Source: Octopus bimaculoides (lineage: Eukaryota). From it: 51,153 nucleotides of DNA. The DNA is taken from contig NC_068983.1 in the NCBI RefSeq assembly GCF_001194135.2, forward strand, positions 52,179,710 to 52,230,862, in the 5' to 3' direction. The notes under the pieces were generated by a model. The model made no database searches. It was not told where the DNA came from and was given only the letters and a program-made list of their open reading frames with translations. The position numbers and the translations under genes were made by a program. This document shows, in pieces, positions 11,471-25,580 of the stretch. Each line of letters begins with the position of its first letter. Positions within the stretch are counted from its first letter, which is position 1.

Positions 11471-12641
11471 GAAACAGAAATAGTGTGTTATTTATCTAAA
11501 TGTTGTACATTTTACTAACACTGTCTTTCGAATTCGCAACTATGCGAAGATTATGTATATGTTAATGAGCAAACACATTCCTTAACTGCCATATTCTTCA
11601 TGCTACAGCTAGTTGATCTAATTTCTCAGCGCATTAGCTTGCCTCTATGCAACAATATAAATACGTGCTTATAACTTCGATAATAAAACTATTGTCATTT
11701 ATATAAAAGACTATCCCTTTTACTCTTTGTTATCTGATGGCTCGTCTGTCAGCTGAAATTTCACAATATTTTCGTACTATTATTTCATATGACCGGTGAT
11801 GGTGGTTCATTAGAGTACCACAAATGTATTTCATTGCAACGTTTAAATGGTTAGGTGTACTTTATCATTTAGTAAAAGAAAAACCCTCTGAGACTGATGA
11901 GATGTAAAATGGATGCTATTCTTATATTGTAAGCTTGACTCGAATTCTTACAAAAAAATGGACTCAACTGGATGCATGCAAGGTGCCAGTTACTAGTGTT
12001 AAGCCGTTGGCTGATGAAGACTACCCATGACGCGTTTTGAACTCAAAACGCATTGGGTCTTAAATAAATACTACAAGGCATCTATCGAGTCTTAGCGTTT
12101 CGATGAGCAACTGGTTTCGCTTGGTACTTTTTAAATCGACTACGGAAGGAGGAAAATGCAAAGTTAACTCACGCAAAATTTGATCTCAGAGCGCAAAGAT
12201 TCGAAACAAACAATGCTAAGTATTCTATCCGATGCCCCAAACGACTTTGGCAACCAATATATAAATCAGCTTTTTGACATTGAAAACCAGCAAGTATATT
12301 TTCCAAGTTAATGTCGGATGTTCTGATAAATGGCTGTATATTATACCTGAAAATACGCTGTACAGGGAATTATGCAATCTTTGCAGGAATTATTAATTTT
12401 CAAACATTATAACTAGAGACATCATCCTACTCAAGGATCGCCAATGTGTCGCCACTCAAGCTGAGATTGTTAATCCAAGCTATTTTTTCTTTTAATTTCT
12501 AAATGTGGTATCAAGTTTGCAACAATATTTCTTATATAAAGGCTTTCCGTTATGCTTGCTCATCACGGTTAACTTAAGTGACAGCAGAATAATGTCTTGC
12601 TTGAACATTAGATTTAGAATTTAGCTAATAGTTTGGCTCAC

Positions 12642-12956
12642 ATAGAAAGCAGAAATAATACACGATGCTGGAGGGGGAGACTCTGCTGCGGATATAATCG
12701 ATTTGATACATTTTCTACCATTATAATCAACAGGGATATGAAGCATCGAATCGTGAATTGGAAACTTAGCGAATGAACAATATTGATAGCTGTCTTCTAA
12801 AACATCTTCCTTCATGTTCGGTTGTCCTAAATCATAATAATTCTCTTCTAAATACAGTCGATAAATGCGAGAACTATTTCGTTTGAGGTCAATTACAAAC
12901 CAATTTAATGCTAGCAAAGACACCGTTCTTGCAATGACGATGAGAATTTCAATATG
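12642..12956 (-). CDS. Candidate 315-nt phase 0-0 internal exon, product unknown
   Basis: Acceptor tattttgtttgtcag and donor GTGAGC. Lies within a ~150-codon stop-free frame in AT-rich DNA. Peptide HIEILIVIARTVSLLALNWFVIDLKR...ESPPPASCIISAFY not recognised. Confidence 0.35.
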
Positions 12957-13860
12957 CTGACAAACAAAATATTTATTAAATATTCTTATAGTCCAACATT
13001 CATATGATAATATTGCGTTTTCATTTAGGGTTAGGGTTATGGTTTTATCACCCTTCTTTGAAGTTCCAGTTTATATCCTTGACATGTTACGCTACCTAAT
13101 TTGTAATCTTCTTGCAATTTCTCTCTTGCAAAAAAAAAATAGTTACTGGCCCTTTTTCGTTCGCTTTTCAGCACTGAAGAGATTCGGAGAACTATTTGCA
13201 GCATTCAATTTGTTTACTCATCACTAATGATGCAATTGCGGTTCAACTTAGCCCTCCCTTTTCAGATATTGTGTACCGAAGGCAACATCCAAACGATTAA
13301 TTAAACATTGATTGTAACTTCACAATGGAATATTCCAGTTGATATTCCTTCGAGGCTCAAACTTACAGTTACTATGTTATCTATGACTATAATTTATTCG
13401 CTTCATTTTCATTGTTGCTTTAATGACATTCACGTCTGTGTCACTAAATTGATGCAACTTCAGCATTTGGATAAGCCAGTCGTGTGAGAAAGAACCAAGT
13501 ACTTCTTTTTATATGTAGTACCAACGCATAGCAGGTGCATATTGTATACTGCTGCTTGTGTCAGAGTCACATTGTTCAGAAGAATATGGCTAATTAGCTG
13601 TGCTGTAGGAATTTTGGTCTGGCGATGACTCCTTGCTATAAATGCATTTACAACAACGTTTCATGTTTAAATTCAAACTGAACATGAGACGAAGACGGAA
13701 ATAAGAAAAATCCTTAATAACAAATACTAAAACATTTATAGACAAGTATTTAATATGCATGCACAAACACATGCATATGTGCATATACATTTTCATATAT
13801 TTATGTGTGTGTTTGTCTACGCATCTCTCAATTGTGCGCGCTCTCTCTCTCTCTCTCTCT

Positions 13861-13920
<60 letters not shown>

Positions 13921-15061
13921 CACGTGTGTATTTGTGTGTGTGTAACACTGTGGTCTATTGCGACCGCTTTCAATTCAGGATTGCACAATCACCATTATCT
14001 GTTTATATATAAATTCGACCTGACGCCAATTTTACTTTCATAAAAAAAGATGATAATACAACTATAATTAATTATTAAAATAATAATATAATTTATGCAA
14101 CAATATACACAACAAGCTATATAACAATGGATATTATCTTTTCCTTTATCGACAACGTCTACATCTATGTAAATAAAATCAACATATTAATTTAAGATAT
14201 AAACGACAATATCTCGTGACATAAAAAGAATAAAAAGACCAAAAAATATTAGTTTTCTTGAAATATAGTTTTCTTGGTGGTTGTCATTGATCTATTATGA
14301 AAATGTTTCTTTCAAAAATTGCTATTCTTTGGCGAAAACACTAAGATTATTTTTCAGCTACAATAATTATTTGCGTGCTATTGTTTTGTTATTTTATCTG
14401 CTATTGACAATTGATTTATAGTATAGATTTATATGAAATAATGAATTTGTAACAGGTGTTATTGTAATATTTCTTCAATGTAATCCAATAGTTGTGGCAG
14501 GTCGCGTTGAGTGCTACTGGCAACATGTAATCCAGTACAACCTGTTGCATGGTTGGGTCGTCGTCGACTAAGCTGTCATCTTCACCAGGCTAGATAGGTT
14601 AAGGAAGATGCTAGGAGAAAATCAAGATATCTTAAAAGAGGAGATTTACGCAGTATAGTCAACAGCAACCAAGAAATAGTATGCAGAAATTTGGAAATTA
14701 CCCGACATGATGAAAGAGCGTGTGCGAGACGGGTCTGTGAGGGATAAATCAATAGACATTTGCAGCACATCTAGGTTTCAAATAGATTGGAATTCTAGCA
14801 TTTTTGTAAGTGGAAGGTGTTACTATTCTCTTTGAGCCAACGTTCTAACTAAATTTGTTTCCTTTGCAGCGAATAAATTGCTAATGGAAAATATCTTCTT
14901 TATCTTGCAGATATCTCCTCCTTGATCGTATATCATAACTCTTGAATATCAGAAGACTTGATCGTTGTGGAATATTAATTAGTTAACTAAATATATACGC
15001 TACATATAACGTGTGTCTAAATGTGTGTGTGTACACAGTAATGCACCCGTTCACACATATC

Positions 15062-15105
<44 letters not shown>

Positions 15106-15537
15106 GAAAAATCCATACCTGCATATATGTTATATATCAGTGTATTATATGTTATATACTACTTTATAAATATTATATAAATATAAGTATAAATTAAATA
15201 CTCAGAATATAATGAATGTACAATTTGGGAATGTTATTCGCATCTGTGTAAATGAAACGCCATCATGTTCTCAGTTTCCCTGCTTGAATGGTTACGATAT
15301 AGGTATAGCATCAACAAGAGGTACCGAGATCTGCTGGGCATTTCCACCGTAGTATCTTACGTTATAGCGGCATTTTGAGAAATACTTTTGTGAAAAGTGT
15401 TACAAGAAATGGAAATATAGTCATAATGCAAATTGATGGAAATTCATAAGTAAGTATCCGTTGATGTATAATTACGCAGCAAAACGTGTTGTGCAGGTTC
15501 GTGCTTTACATGAATCGTTTCTAAAATCAGCAGGAGT

Positions 15538-15726
15538 TAAGGTGGCGAGCTAACAAAATCGTTAACACGTCGGGCGAAATGCTTAGCGACATTTCGTCTG
15601 TCTTTTACTCAGCTCAAATTTCTTCGAGGTCAACATTGTCTTTCATCCTCTTGGAGTCTACTGGGGTGGATGTAATCGACTTACTCCGTCCCCTTACACT
15701 GCTGGCCTTCTGGTAAAATTTGAAAC
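15538..15726 (+). mobile_element. Family-A SINE
   Basis: Head TAAGGTGGCGAGCTAACAAAATCGTTAAC and family A body. Confidence 0.8.
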
Positions 15727-15751
15727 TAACATTATCATACATTATCATACG

Positions 15752-15783
<32 letters not shown>

Positions 15784-16048
15784 NNNNNNNNNNNNNNNNN
15801 NNNNNNNNNNNNNNNNNNNNNNNNNNNNNNNNNNNNNNNNNNNNNNNNNNNNNNNNNNNNNNNNNNNNNNNNNNNNNNNNNNNNNNNNNNNNNNNNNNNN
15901 NNNNNNNNNNNNNNNNNNNNNNNNNNNNNNNNNNNNNNNNNNNNNNNNNNNNNNNNNNNNNNNNNNNNNNNNNNNNNNNNNNNNNNNNNNNNNNNNNNNN
16001 NNNNNNNNNNNNNNNNNNNNNNNNNNNNNNNNNNNNNNNNNNNNNNNN

Positions 16049-16086
<38 letters not shown>

Positions 16087-16946
16087 GCATACATTTATGT
16101 GTGTGCGTATCTATGTATGTGTAAACATGTGGGTATGTATGTGTGTTTTGCATGTGTGTGTGTGAGTTTGCACATGCGTGTAGGTGGCGTATGTGCCATG
16201 TCTGCCAAGTATTTGCTATTTCGAAAGATTAACCGAAATGTTGTAATTAGTCGTTGTTTTAAAAATCTAATATATTTTGTTGTTACGCTCTAGATTAATA
16301 TAAATATTTCGGTTTCTTCCATTGTTTTAATACGACCGAATTACGGAATTAAGTTATTTCTCTTAGAGATAAACCACGAAAGCAACCAAGAAAACATGTA
16401 ATTTAAATAAACGTGAAATAAAACGCTAAGTCGAATATAATACATAATACCCAATTAGTTTAACGTAATCCTAGTTTGAGAGATTTTTACATGCTGGTTA
16501 TTTATTTTTTCCTTATTATTCAATGCCATGAACAATTGCAACATATATTAATCTTTTATAGAAAATAAAATTATTTTTCAGAAAAATAATTTCTTTATTT
16601 TTATTCTTGCACGTGTTAGATTTTTGACTTTGAGAAAAAGCTATTTTCTACATTTAGTGTATATCGGGTGCAAAAACTACATCGCATTGTACTTAGTTTT
16701 GTATCAATGCACATCATAGCAGATTACATCGAGAATCCTTAATATTAATTATGCTGTGACTACCGATCAACCAACAACTGGCAGTCAAAGGAAAGGAAAC
16801 AAGTAAAACTAAAGTATATTTCTTTAAATCAAAGTAAACATAGGATATTCTTTCGATATCCTATCCCTTTATGTTATTCGGATTCAAAATATTTGAAACA
16901 ACTTTTGTTTCTATGCGCGAGTAGATTGACCAACATTTTATATATA

Positions 16947-17081
16947 TAAGAAATGGACCACATGGTTACGGGTTCAGTGCCCACGGCGTGGCACCTTGGG
17001 TAGGTGTCTTCTACTATAGCCTCGGGTTGACCAAAGCCTTGTGAGTGGATTCGGTAGATGGAAGCTGAAAGAAGCCCGACG

Positions 17082-17082
<1 letters not shown>
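16947..17082 (+). mobile_element. Family-B SINE 5' half, ending in (TA)n(TG)n
   Basis: GGGTTCAGTGCCCACGGCGTGGCACCTTGGG...GAAAGAAGCCCGACG matches the other B copies. Confidence 0.8.
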
Positions 17083-17152
<70 letters not shown>

Positions 17153-17737
17153 GCATAAAAAGGGGTGGTATTCATTGCTTTATCGGACATATACGCCTTT
17201 CACTAAAATGCCAAAACAATTACAGACCGTTAGTAGAAACATTATGCAATGAAACACTTGAACTCATCATTGTCTTGCAATTGATACAATAATCGATGTT
17301 AAAGTTCCAAACATATACATTTCCCCTTATGCGAACGATCAATAACCTCGCATGTCACTCACAATAGTAGGGTCAGAGAAACTTTCATATCAAGGAAGTC
17401 TACGCTTCTCTCAATATCTAACATGTACAAACAGAGACGGAAAAAGGGTGGGATATAAGGGAGAAGGAAAAAAATCTTATAAACGTAAAAGCAAAAGGAG
17501 AAGAACCTCGGGTCATGAATCTGAAAGAAATAATCATCTAATACAAAAGATATAAAAACGTATACATACAGATAACCACACAAGTACGTGCGCATACATA
17601 TATATATACGCACACCTTTATACATACACATAGAACTATATACATAGAGAAACAATTTTTTAAAATAAACATACACTTATACATGTACACACATACGCAA
17701 TACACAGCACGGACACAAACACATATGTGTGTGTATA

Positions 17738-17783
<46 letters not shown>

Positions 17784-17864
17784 ATATACACAGCCACATA
17801 TACACAGCCACATATACACATACATACTCATATACGTGAAATGGCATTCACACACGCGCAGACA

Positions 17865-18760
17865 CATGCAAGTTGCAGCGGTCGCACCGTTTCAACTTGG
17901 TGATGCGTATACGGCTGAAGGTGGGAGGTCTGTCTGATAGAAACTACCCAATGGGACTTGCTGAGCAAGCTACGCCCTATTAGAGGCAGCTATAATATTT
18001 GCCCCAATAAGAATTGTGATATAAAACTATTTGACGGTAGTCATAGTGAAGATACTATTGTATATATGATGCCGCAGGAAGGTGTTTTTGGTGGATTTGG
18101 GAAAATATTCTTGGGACGTTGATTTTGAAATTTGGTACTACTAACTATCTGGTTCCTGTGATTACCCTTGGGATGCGTCGTGAGAAAAGGTCCTCCATTC
18201 ATCGCCTTAGGGTTAAGTTCTTGGGGCGAAGTTCTGGAACGTGCACCGTGTGGAAACTTGTCTACGGTCCGTCAATCCAATTTTTTTGCAATTAACAGGC
18301 CCGGTATTCCTGCCGGGCCTTGTAGGTCTCGCTTTCGCCCTCTTAGATGTCTGGCTGCTACGATGGTGAATCCTTTTCCCTATTAGAAACGCAGGGATAC
18401 CTGATCTGTGTTGGGTAGACTAATGTTCTTAACAATCCCACTCCCAGTGCCTCAAGGACGCTCAATACTTAAGCAATATTCAAAGTGTCTGGAATGCACT
18501 TAATACTATCGTTGTACTTGCTCTCCATTACTACAGAACGTAAGTTCTTTGGGTGAAACGTTGGCATCTCTAATCGAAATAGTCTTAGGTAATCTTGCCA
18601 TCCTTAATAGGGTTACCGTGGGTTTCACGTTCATGAAGTGCTTAGCTTTACGGCGTTTCTTCAGACCCTGAAACCAGTTGGCCTATGACCTCTCTAGCAA
18701 GTGGCCTCCCTAATTTGCAAGATTCCTGGTGTGAAACCACGTGTTGAAACAGATATTGTA
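17865..18760 (-). pseudogene. Possible decayed retrotransposon ORF1/gag-like relic
   Basis: GC-richer island. One frame (six stops) reads ...ITGTR*LVVP...YYSCL**GVACSASP...KRCDRCNLH, compatible with eroded CCHC knuckles. Confidence 0.3.
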
Positions 18761-19845
18761 TTTCGGGATATTTAGATTTTTATTTTTTTTTTATTTTTTA
18801 TTTTTGCCAAATAAAGACACACGGAGACTCTCATTAGATTTGTAGAAGTCCAACATTGACCATCACATCTGTTTTGTGTTCATCACTGTTATTTATCTCA
18901 TTTGGCTCCTAATCTCCACCCTAGGCAATCCCGATATTGATGCCCCACGTCGTACTACACTTAATTCTGGAATTTGTTATTTTTTATCCAGTATTCGCAC
19001 TGTAATAATTTCTTGTCTTCCATTAATTATTTCTGATCATTCTTATTCGCAATTCAAATTAAGCACTAATCATTTTAACATCACTCATTACTTTTCATTT
19101 GCAGCACTATGGATGGGTTATTTCTTTTCTTTTCTTTTTTTTTTCTGTAGAAGATCTAAGATATATTGTTGCTATTCCTGAAGTAATTGCAATTCAATAA
19201 GCTAAAGAATATACCAGCCTATAATTCTAAAATGCATGACGTCTGAGTTAAGAACAATCTCAACAGCCATTTCCAGCATCTCTCTCATTATTTCCGTGCT
19301 TCTTGTCACTCTCACTTCTTTCGCATTTCATTCACATGCTTAGAACGTTCGTCACGAACTATGAAAGAAAATAACAATAGAGCATTTTACTAAAGAACCA
19401 AAATACTGTGATCACCAGAACTAGAACTCGTAAATTTCGAAACCCATTCAAAATTTATAGGTCAGCGTATCTACGTATGTTTTATTACAAGGCGTTGCAT
19501 TCAAATTTATGCAAGTAAGCAGCAGTTTAACATGATTATTTGCAAAATGAGTAACTGTCAAATGTATATTAGTGCTCAAGCGCTAATTACATGGTGTGAA
19601 TACAAATCGTAATTAATGTTCATATAATTAATTATATAACGTGTTAAAACTAGACTCCATGGGTGGTTTTATTCTCTGCTTGCTAAATGTTATTGAGTGT
19701 AAGAAGTTATACATTAATATAATATCCCTGTCGTAATTTTACAATTTATTTCTACTAGTACTATAAACAATTATTCTTCTCTCGACATACACACTTTATT
19801 TCTACACGCAGTAATATTTAAAAATTGTATAACAGAACGCAAATA

Positions 19846-20286
19846 TTTATTTCTTATTGCTCACAGGGAGCTAAACATAGAGGGAACAAACAAGAGGATT
19901 AAGTCGATTACATCGACCCCAGGGCGTAACTGGTACTTATTTAATCGATACCGAAAGGCTGAAAGGCAAATCGACCTCGGTGGAATTTGAACTCAGAACC
20001 TAAAGACAGACGAAATACCGCTAATCATTTTGCCCGGCGTGCTGACGTTTCTTATTTCTTTACTGCCCACAAGGGGCTAAGCATAGAGAGGATAAACAAG
20101 GACAGACAAAGGGATTAAGTCGAATATATCGACTCCAGTGTGTAACTGGTACTTAATCTATCGACCCCGAAAGGATGAAAGGTAAAGTCGACCTCGTCGG
20201 AATTTGAAGTCAGTACGTAGCGGCAGACGAAATACCGATTAGCATTTCGCCCGCCGTGCTAACGTTTCTGCCAGCTCGCCGCCTTA
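19846..20286 (-). mobile_element. Two tandem family-A SINEs (19846-20050, 20051-20286)
   Basis: Both carry the CCCTTTGTCTGTCCTTGTTT-type tail (partly deleted in the first) and the A body. Confidence 0.85.
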
Positions 20287-20327
20287 CAGAACTCAAATAT
20301 TTACTTGTTAGGAATATCCTCTCTTAC

Positions 20328-20415
20328 TCCATGTCTAGCAAACAGAAGACCACAGTAATCTCCATTGACGTCTTCAATATCAGCAAAAATTACTTCTCGG
20401 AGATTTAAACTTTTG
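20328..20415 (-). CDS. Candidate 88-nt exon (KSLNLREVIFADIEDVNGDYCGLLFARHG)
   Basis: Acceptor ttttcatttgtag, donor GGA|GTAAGA, single open frame. Confidence 0.3.
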
Positions 20416-20864
20416 CTACAAATGAAAATTACGGCCGAAGCTACTTTAAAAACGTTCAGCGAGAAATAGAAAATAAATAAAGCGAATTCTGCTCAAAGGA
20501 AATAGACATCAGGTCAAAAACCTGCTTCTTATTTGATGTACTTGGAAGATAGGTATCTTATAAGATGAAGCAATGGCTTTGTATTTCAAGAAACATCTTT
20601 GATGGCTGACATTTCAGTTATTGACATAGATCTTTATCCGCGTAAAAATATTGAATTTAGTTAGGTTCAAACAAAAACTGGAATGAGGACCTACAGGTGG
20701 AACGTAACAAAATTCATTGCAGATCTTTTCAACATCTACATAAAATTGTAAATTAGAAACAAGAACAAAATTAGAATTTCTGTTTCCCCGTCAGAAGTCA
20801 TAGTTTTATCTTTTTGTTTTTTGTTTTTTTTTTTGTTTTTGATTTTTTTTTTTTCATATTTTGT

Positions 20865-21997
20865 CTTTCACTGGATTCGTTTATTGGACTGACGTCATGC
20901 TGGGGCATCCGTTTGAAGAATTTAGCCAACCGCAACGAACCCAGAACATATTTGTTTTCAGGTTGGTACTTATTTCAGCGCATCTTTTCCCGAACTGCNN
21001 NNNNNNNNNNNNNNNNNNNNNNNNNNNNNNNNNNNNNNNNNNNNNNNNNNNNNNNNNNNNNNNNNNNNNNNNNNNNNNNNNNNNNNNNNNNNNNNNNNNN
21101 NNNNNNNNNNNNNNNNNNNNNNNNNNNNNNNNNNNNNNNNNNNNNNNNNNNNNNNNNNNNNNNNNNNNNNNNNNNNNNNNNNNNNNNNNNNNNNNNNNNN
21201 NNNNNNNNNNNNNNNNNNNNNNNNNNNNNNNNNNNNNNNNNNNNNNNNNNNNNNNNNNNNNNNNNNNNNNNNNNNNNNNNNNNNNNNNNNNNNNNNNNNN
21301 NNNNNNNNNNNNNNNNNNNNNNNNNNNNNNNNNNNNNNNNNNNNNNNNNNNNNNNNNNNNNNNNNNNNNNNNNNNNNNNNNNNNNNNNNNNNNNNNNNNN
21401 NNNNNNNNNNNNNNNNNNNNNNNNNNNNNNNNNNNNNNNNNNNNNNNNNNNNNNNNNNNNNNNNNNNNNNNNNNNNNNNNNNNNNNNNNNNNNNNNNNNN
21501 NNNNNNNNNNNNNNNNNNNNNNNNNNNNNNNNNNNNNNNNNNNNNNNNNNNNNNNNNNNNNNNNNNNNNNNNNNNNNNNNNNNNNNNNNNNNNNNNNNNN
21601 NNNNNNNNNNNNNNNNNNNNNNNNNNNNNNNNNNNNNNNNNNNNNNNNNNNNNNNNNNNNNNNNNNNNNNNNNNNNNNNNNNNNNNNNNNNNNNNNNNNN
21701 NNNNNNNNNNNNNNNNNNNNNNNNNNNNNNNNNNNNNNNNNNNNNNNNNNNNNNNNNNNNNNNNNNNNNNNNNNNNNNNNNNNNNNNNNNNNNNNNNNNN
21801 NNNNNNNNNNNNNNNNNNNNNNNNNNNNNNATATATATATATATATATATATATATACGATGGGCTAGTTTAAGTTTCCTTCTACCACATCCACTCACAA
21901 GGCCTTTGTTGGCCCTAGGTTATATTAGAAGGCATTTGCTCAAGCTGCGACTTAGTGGGATTGAATCCAGGAGCATGTTGCTGGAATACAACCACAA
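20865..21997 (-). mobile_element. Family-B SINE halves on either side of a gap
   Basis: Degenerate tail at 20865-20998 and head at 21855-21997. The gap sits at the internal (TA)n. Confidence 0.6.
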
Positions 21998-22623
21998 TTG
22001 TTTAGGTATAAAAGAAGGTTTCGAGGAAACTTTCTCCAGATAAATCTTCATTTTGAAAGTGTTAGTTAATAACTACAACAAACAGAATGCTAATGGACGC
22101 TCGATTATAATGATTTCACTGAATTCTATTTCGAAAGTGAATGCATTTAAAGTAGAGAGTATTGAAAAAGGAACTATTTTGTTGAAACTAACGATGCTCT
22201 CTACGTTGTATTTTATCTGCTAGAAGCAGTAGCAAGATACCTCCAAATTCCATTACTCTCTGAAATTGGATGCATTGAATAATGTAGTTTGACGATAATG
22301 CCTAGAAAATATGGATTGCAATGACTGAAATGCCTTTTATCATAGGTCTTTTCTATTAGGGCTGATATACAGATCACAACAGTGACAACACTCGGCTGTA
22401 TATATATATGTAATGCTATCTGAAACAGCAATTCCATTAACTCAAGTTCTACCCTATATCTTTTAACAAGCAATAAAGTCATAATATAGGGAGTGGGTAA
22501 GGAAACCTTATTAATGTTATACTTTCCATTTGTTAATAAAACAGCACCAAAACTATCACACTGGTAATAACCACGTGAAATCTTTAAACTACAATTCTCT
22601 TGAAGGAGTTTAACACATTCATT

Positions 22624-22660
<37 letters not shown>

Positions 22661-24686
22661 TATGGCGTTGCTAACGATGTGATTCTCTCCTTATATACAA
22701 CATCAATAAATCTGCGCAATATTATATCTTACATCACGTTTTACGCCATTAATATTATGTGTTTACATTGAAAGTGAGATTATAATATTGGAAAGAAGTG
22801 TGAATGGGTCGTGTTGACTTTCAAGTATTTTCTCTAAAACATTAGCGATATCATGTAAAAAGCTTCTATGTGGAAACTTTGAACGTGTGACTGCGTTTCA
22901 CACAAATCCTACCACATTACCCCACCAAACCTCTCACCATTTCTACAATTATCAATACCATTTTTATGAATATGAATATAAAGGTGAATATTAGTGAGTT
23001 AACAAAGTAAAGGAGATGAATTATCCTCAGAAGTGTTTCTTTACTGATTAGATGAATTTCGAGAGAGTTAGTAGGTGAAAGGAAATAGAATCACTTATGA
23101 AGGTGAAAAAATAAACTGTATATAAGTGGGAGGGTTTCAATGCTTGACATTGCATATGATTTTAACTCATAAAAGGGGTTTCTGAATACTTACGTATAAT
23201 TTGATACACCCAATTGGAAAAACAAGAAGGATGCGTTTAGTAATATGCAGTATAACGTCAAACCATTGAATCTGCATAAGTGAGGTAAATTATAACACAA
23301 ATATTGGATAATAATAATGTATTTTCAAATTGCATTAACGTGTACATTACTGAGGTCTTCCGAGAGTTTAATAAAAAAGCTAGAGAGCTTTATTTTCAAG
23401 GAATAATGAGTTCTGCTTTAAGTATCCAGTAACGTGTACAAATATTGAATATTCTGAAACACTTTACCGTTTAGAGCAAGAGTATAGAGTAGTGTATATA
23501 TATATATATATATATNNNNNNNNNNNNNNNNNNNNNNNNNNNNNNNNNNNNNNNNNNNNNNNNNNNNNNNNNNNNNNNNNNNNNNNNNNNNNNNNNNNNN
23601 NNNNNNNNNNNNNNNNNNNNNNNNNNNNNNNNNNNNNNNNNNNNNNNNNNNNNNNNNNNNNNNNNNNNNNNNNNNNNNNNNNNNNNNNNNNNNNNNNNNN
23701 NNNNNNNNNNNNNNNNNNNNNNNNNNNNNNNNNNNNNNNNNNNNNNNNNNNNNNNNNNNNNNNNNNNNNNNNNNNNNNNNNNNNNNNNNNNNNNNNNNNN
23801 NNNNNNNNNNNNNNNNNNNNNNNNNNNNNNNNNNNNNNNNNNNNNNNNNNNNNNNNNNNNNNNNNNNNNNNNNNNNNNNNNNNNNNNNNNNNNNNNNNNN
23901 NNNNNNNNNNNNNNNNNNNNNNNNNNNNTATATATATATATATGTGTGTGTAGTGGTTACCTATAAGACAATGTTGATGATCTAGAAGCTAACACTATGG
24001 AGACCCTCCAGCAAATAGGTAATTCCATCCAACAGATTATTAAAGTAACGATAGACTACCCTAACAAGCACCCGAACTATAGACTACCAGTTTTAGACAC
24101 GAAATCCTGGCTGGAAACCAAGAACAGTAATGTCTAGGCCAATCACTCCCATGATGCCAAACGTATGGCCTCTAAATACCTTGTCCACAAGTACACAGAT
24201 TTTGCAGACAGCGCTAAGTTCAATATTCTTATAGCAGATTGGGTGAGAGTGATGAGGGATGTGTCTCGCTTGTACGATCCTATGGAATTGGAAAGATACA
24301 TATAACACTTCAACCACCGTAAGTAGTTCTCTGGCTACAGCCAAAGGGACAGGATTAGAGTGTACAAAGGAGCCAGGGCCAAGTACAAAGCTATCAGATA
24401 AAGTGATGCTAAAGGGATTTGCCTGCAATACAGGAGTCAACCCTCGAACAGCACAAAAAATGACCAGAAAAAAGTAAAATTAGGCCAACTCATGTTATGA
24501 CAACAAAACTTACCAGAGTGTCATGGTCGTTGATGCTATCTCTGGTGGTGAACTGACATACCTCTTTAGAAAAACATAACATTACAAAGTAGTGGGAAGG
24601 CCTGCTGCCCCTATAAAATCCCTGATCTGTAGAACTTATTCCTTCGATAGACCCCATGTACGGAGAGCAATTGTACTGTATGTAGG

Positions 24687-25076
24687 ATGAACCCACAGGT
24701 TAACTTTGATATTAAGAATATAGTGTATAGCTTACGATATACTCAGAGATGGTGCAGAAACATGACAACTACTTACATTGGTGAGTCCGCACGCAGTATA
24801 GTAGAGTGTATAGGTGAATACTGGCGAGATCTCAAAGGAGAGAAAAGCTCGTCAGTGCTCTATCAGCATGCTCAAGCAGAACATAGAGGCTCGCATTATA
24901 TCATAGCCGTTACAGTATTGTTAAGGCATAGAACTGACACGACACTTAGACACGTTACAGAGGCTATGCACATAGCAATAGACAGACCGACTCTCAACAG
25001 AAAACACAAATGGAACAATAACGCCTACCACCACACCGCACAACATGACGAAAGACAGAAGGGAGAAAAACCCTAG
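24687..25076 (+). pseudogene. GIY-YIG endonuclease domain of the Penelope-like element
   Basis: ORF-track peptide with IVY...YIGES.R and conserved His and Glu motifs. Confidence 0.88.
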
Positions 25077-25580
25077 ATGCAAACAGTGTAATACACACAC
25101 CATACACAAACCTACCTATACCTTTGATAAGTATAAGAAATAGAGATAGATAAAAAAGACTGAGTAAAGGGCACAGATAAAAACAACATAGGAAGCGAAT
25201 CCATATACACACACAAACACACATTCAGTGACTTCACAAACAACCGCAACAGTCTCAACAAAACGACCAACAACGACAGCAGCAAGAGCGGTAACAACAA
25301 TGGCAGCAACAACAACGAAACAACAACCACGATGGGAGCAGTGTGAGGGAACACATAAACACAGAGAGATATAGCTACAGTATCAAAAGTCGGGTTCAAA
25401 GGCAGCAGCAGCAACAACGGTGGAGGAGATGGGGCTGAGGGGAAGGTCATAATGATACTACGAACGATGACACACACACATACACACACACAGGGCCGCA
25501 AACGCATGCACATATAAGTATACACATTATAGAAGAACAGTAATCAATAAATGGAGCAACAGTAGACACGAAGAGAGAAA

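Noticed and set aside
15200-15450. EGF-like CSQFPCLNG followed by LamG-like VTRNGNIVIMQIDG
   Set aside because: Different frames, both closed by stops, the remaining EGF cysteines are absent, and no convincing splice structure links them.
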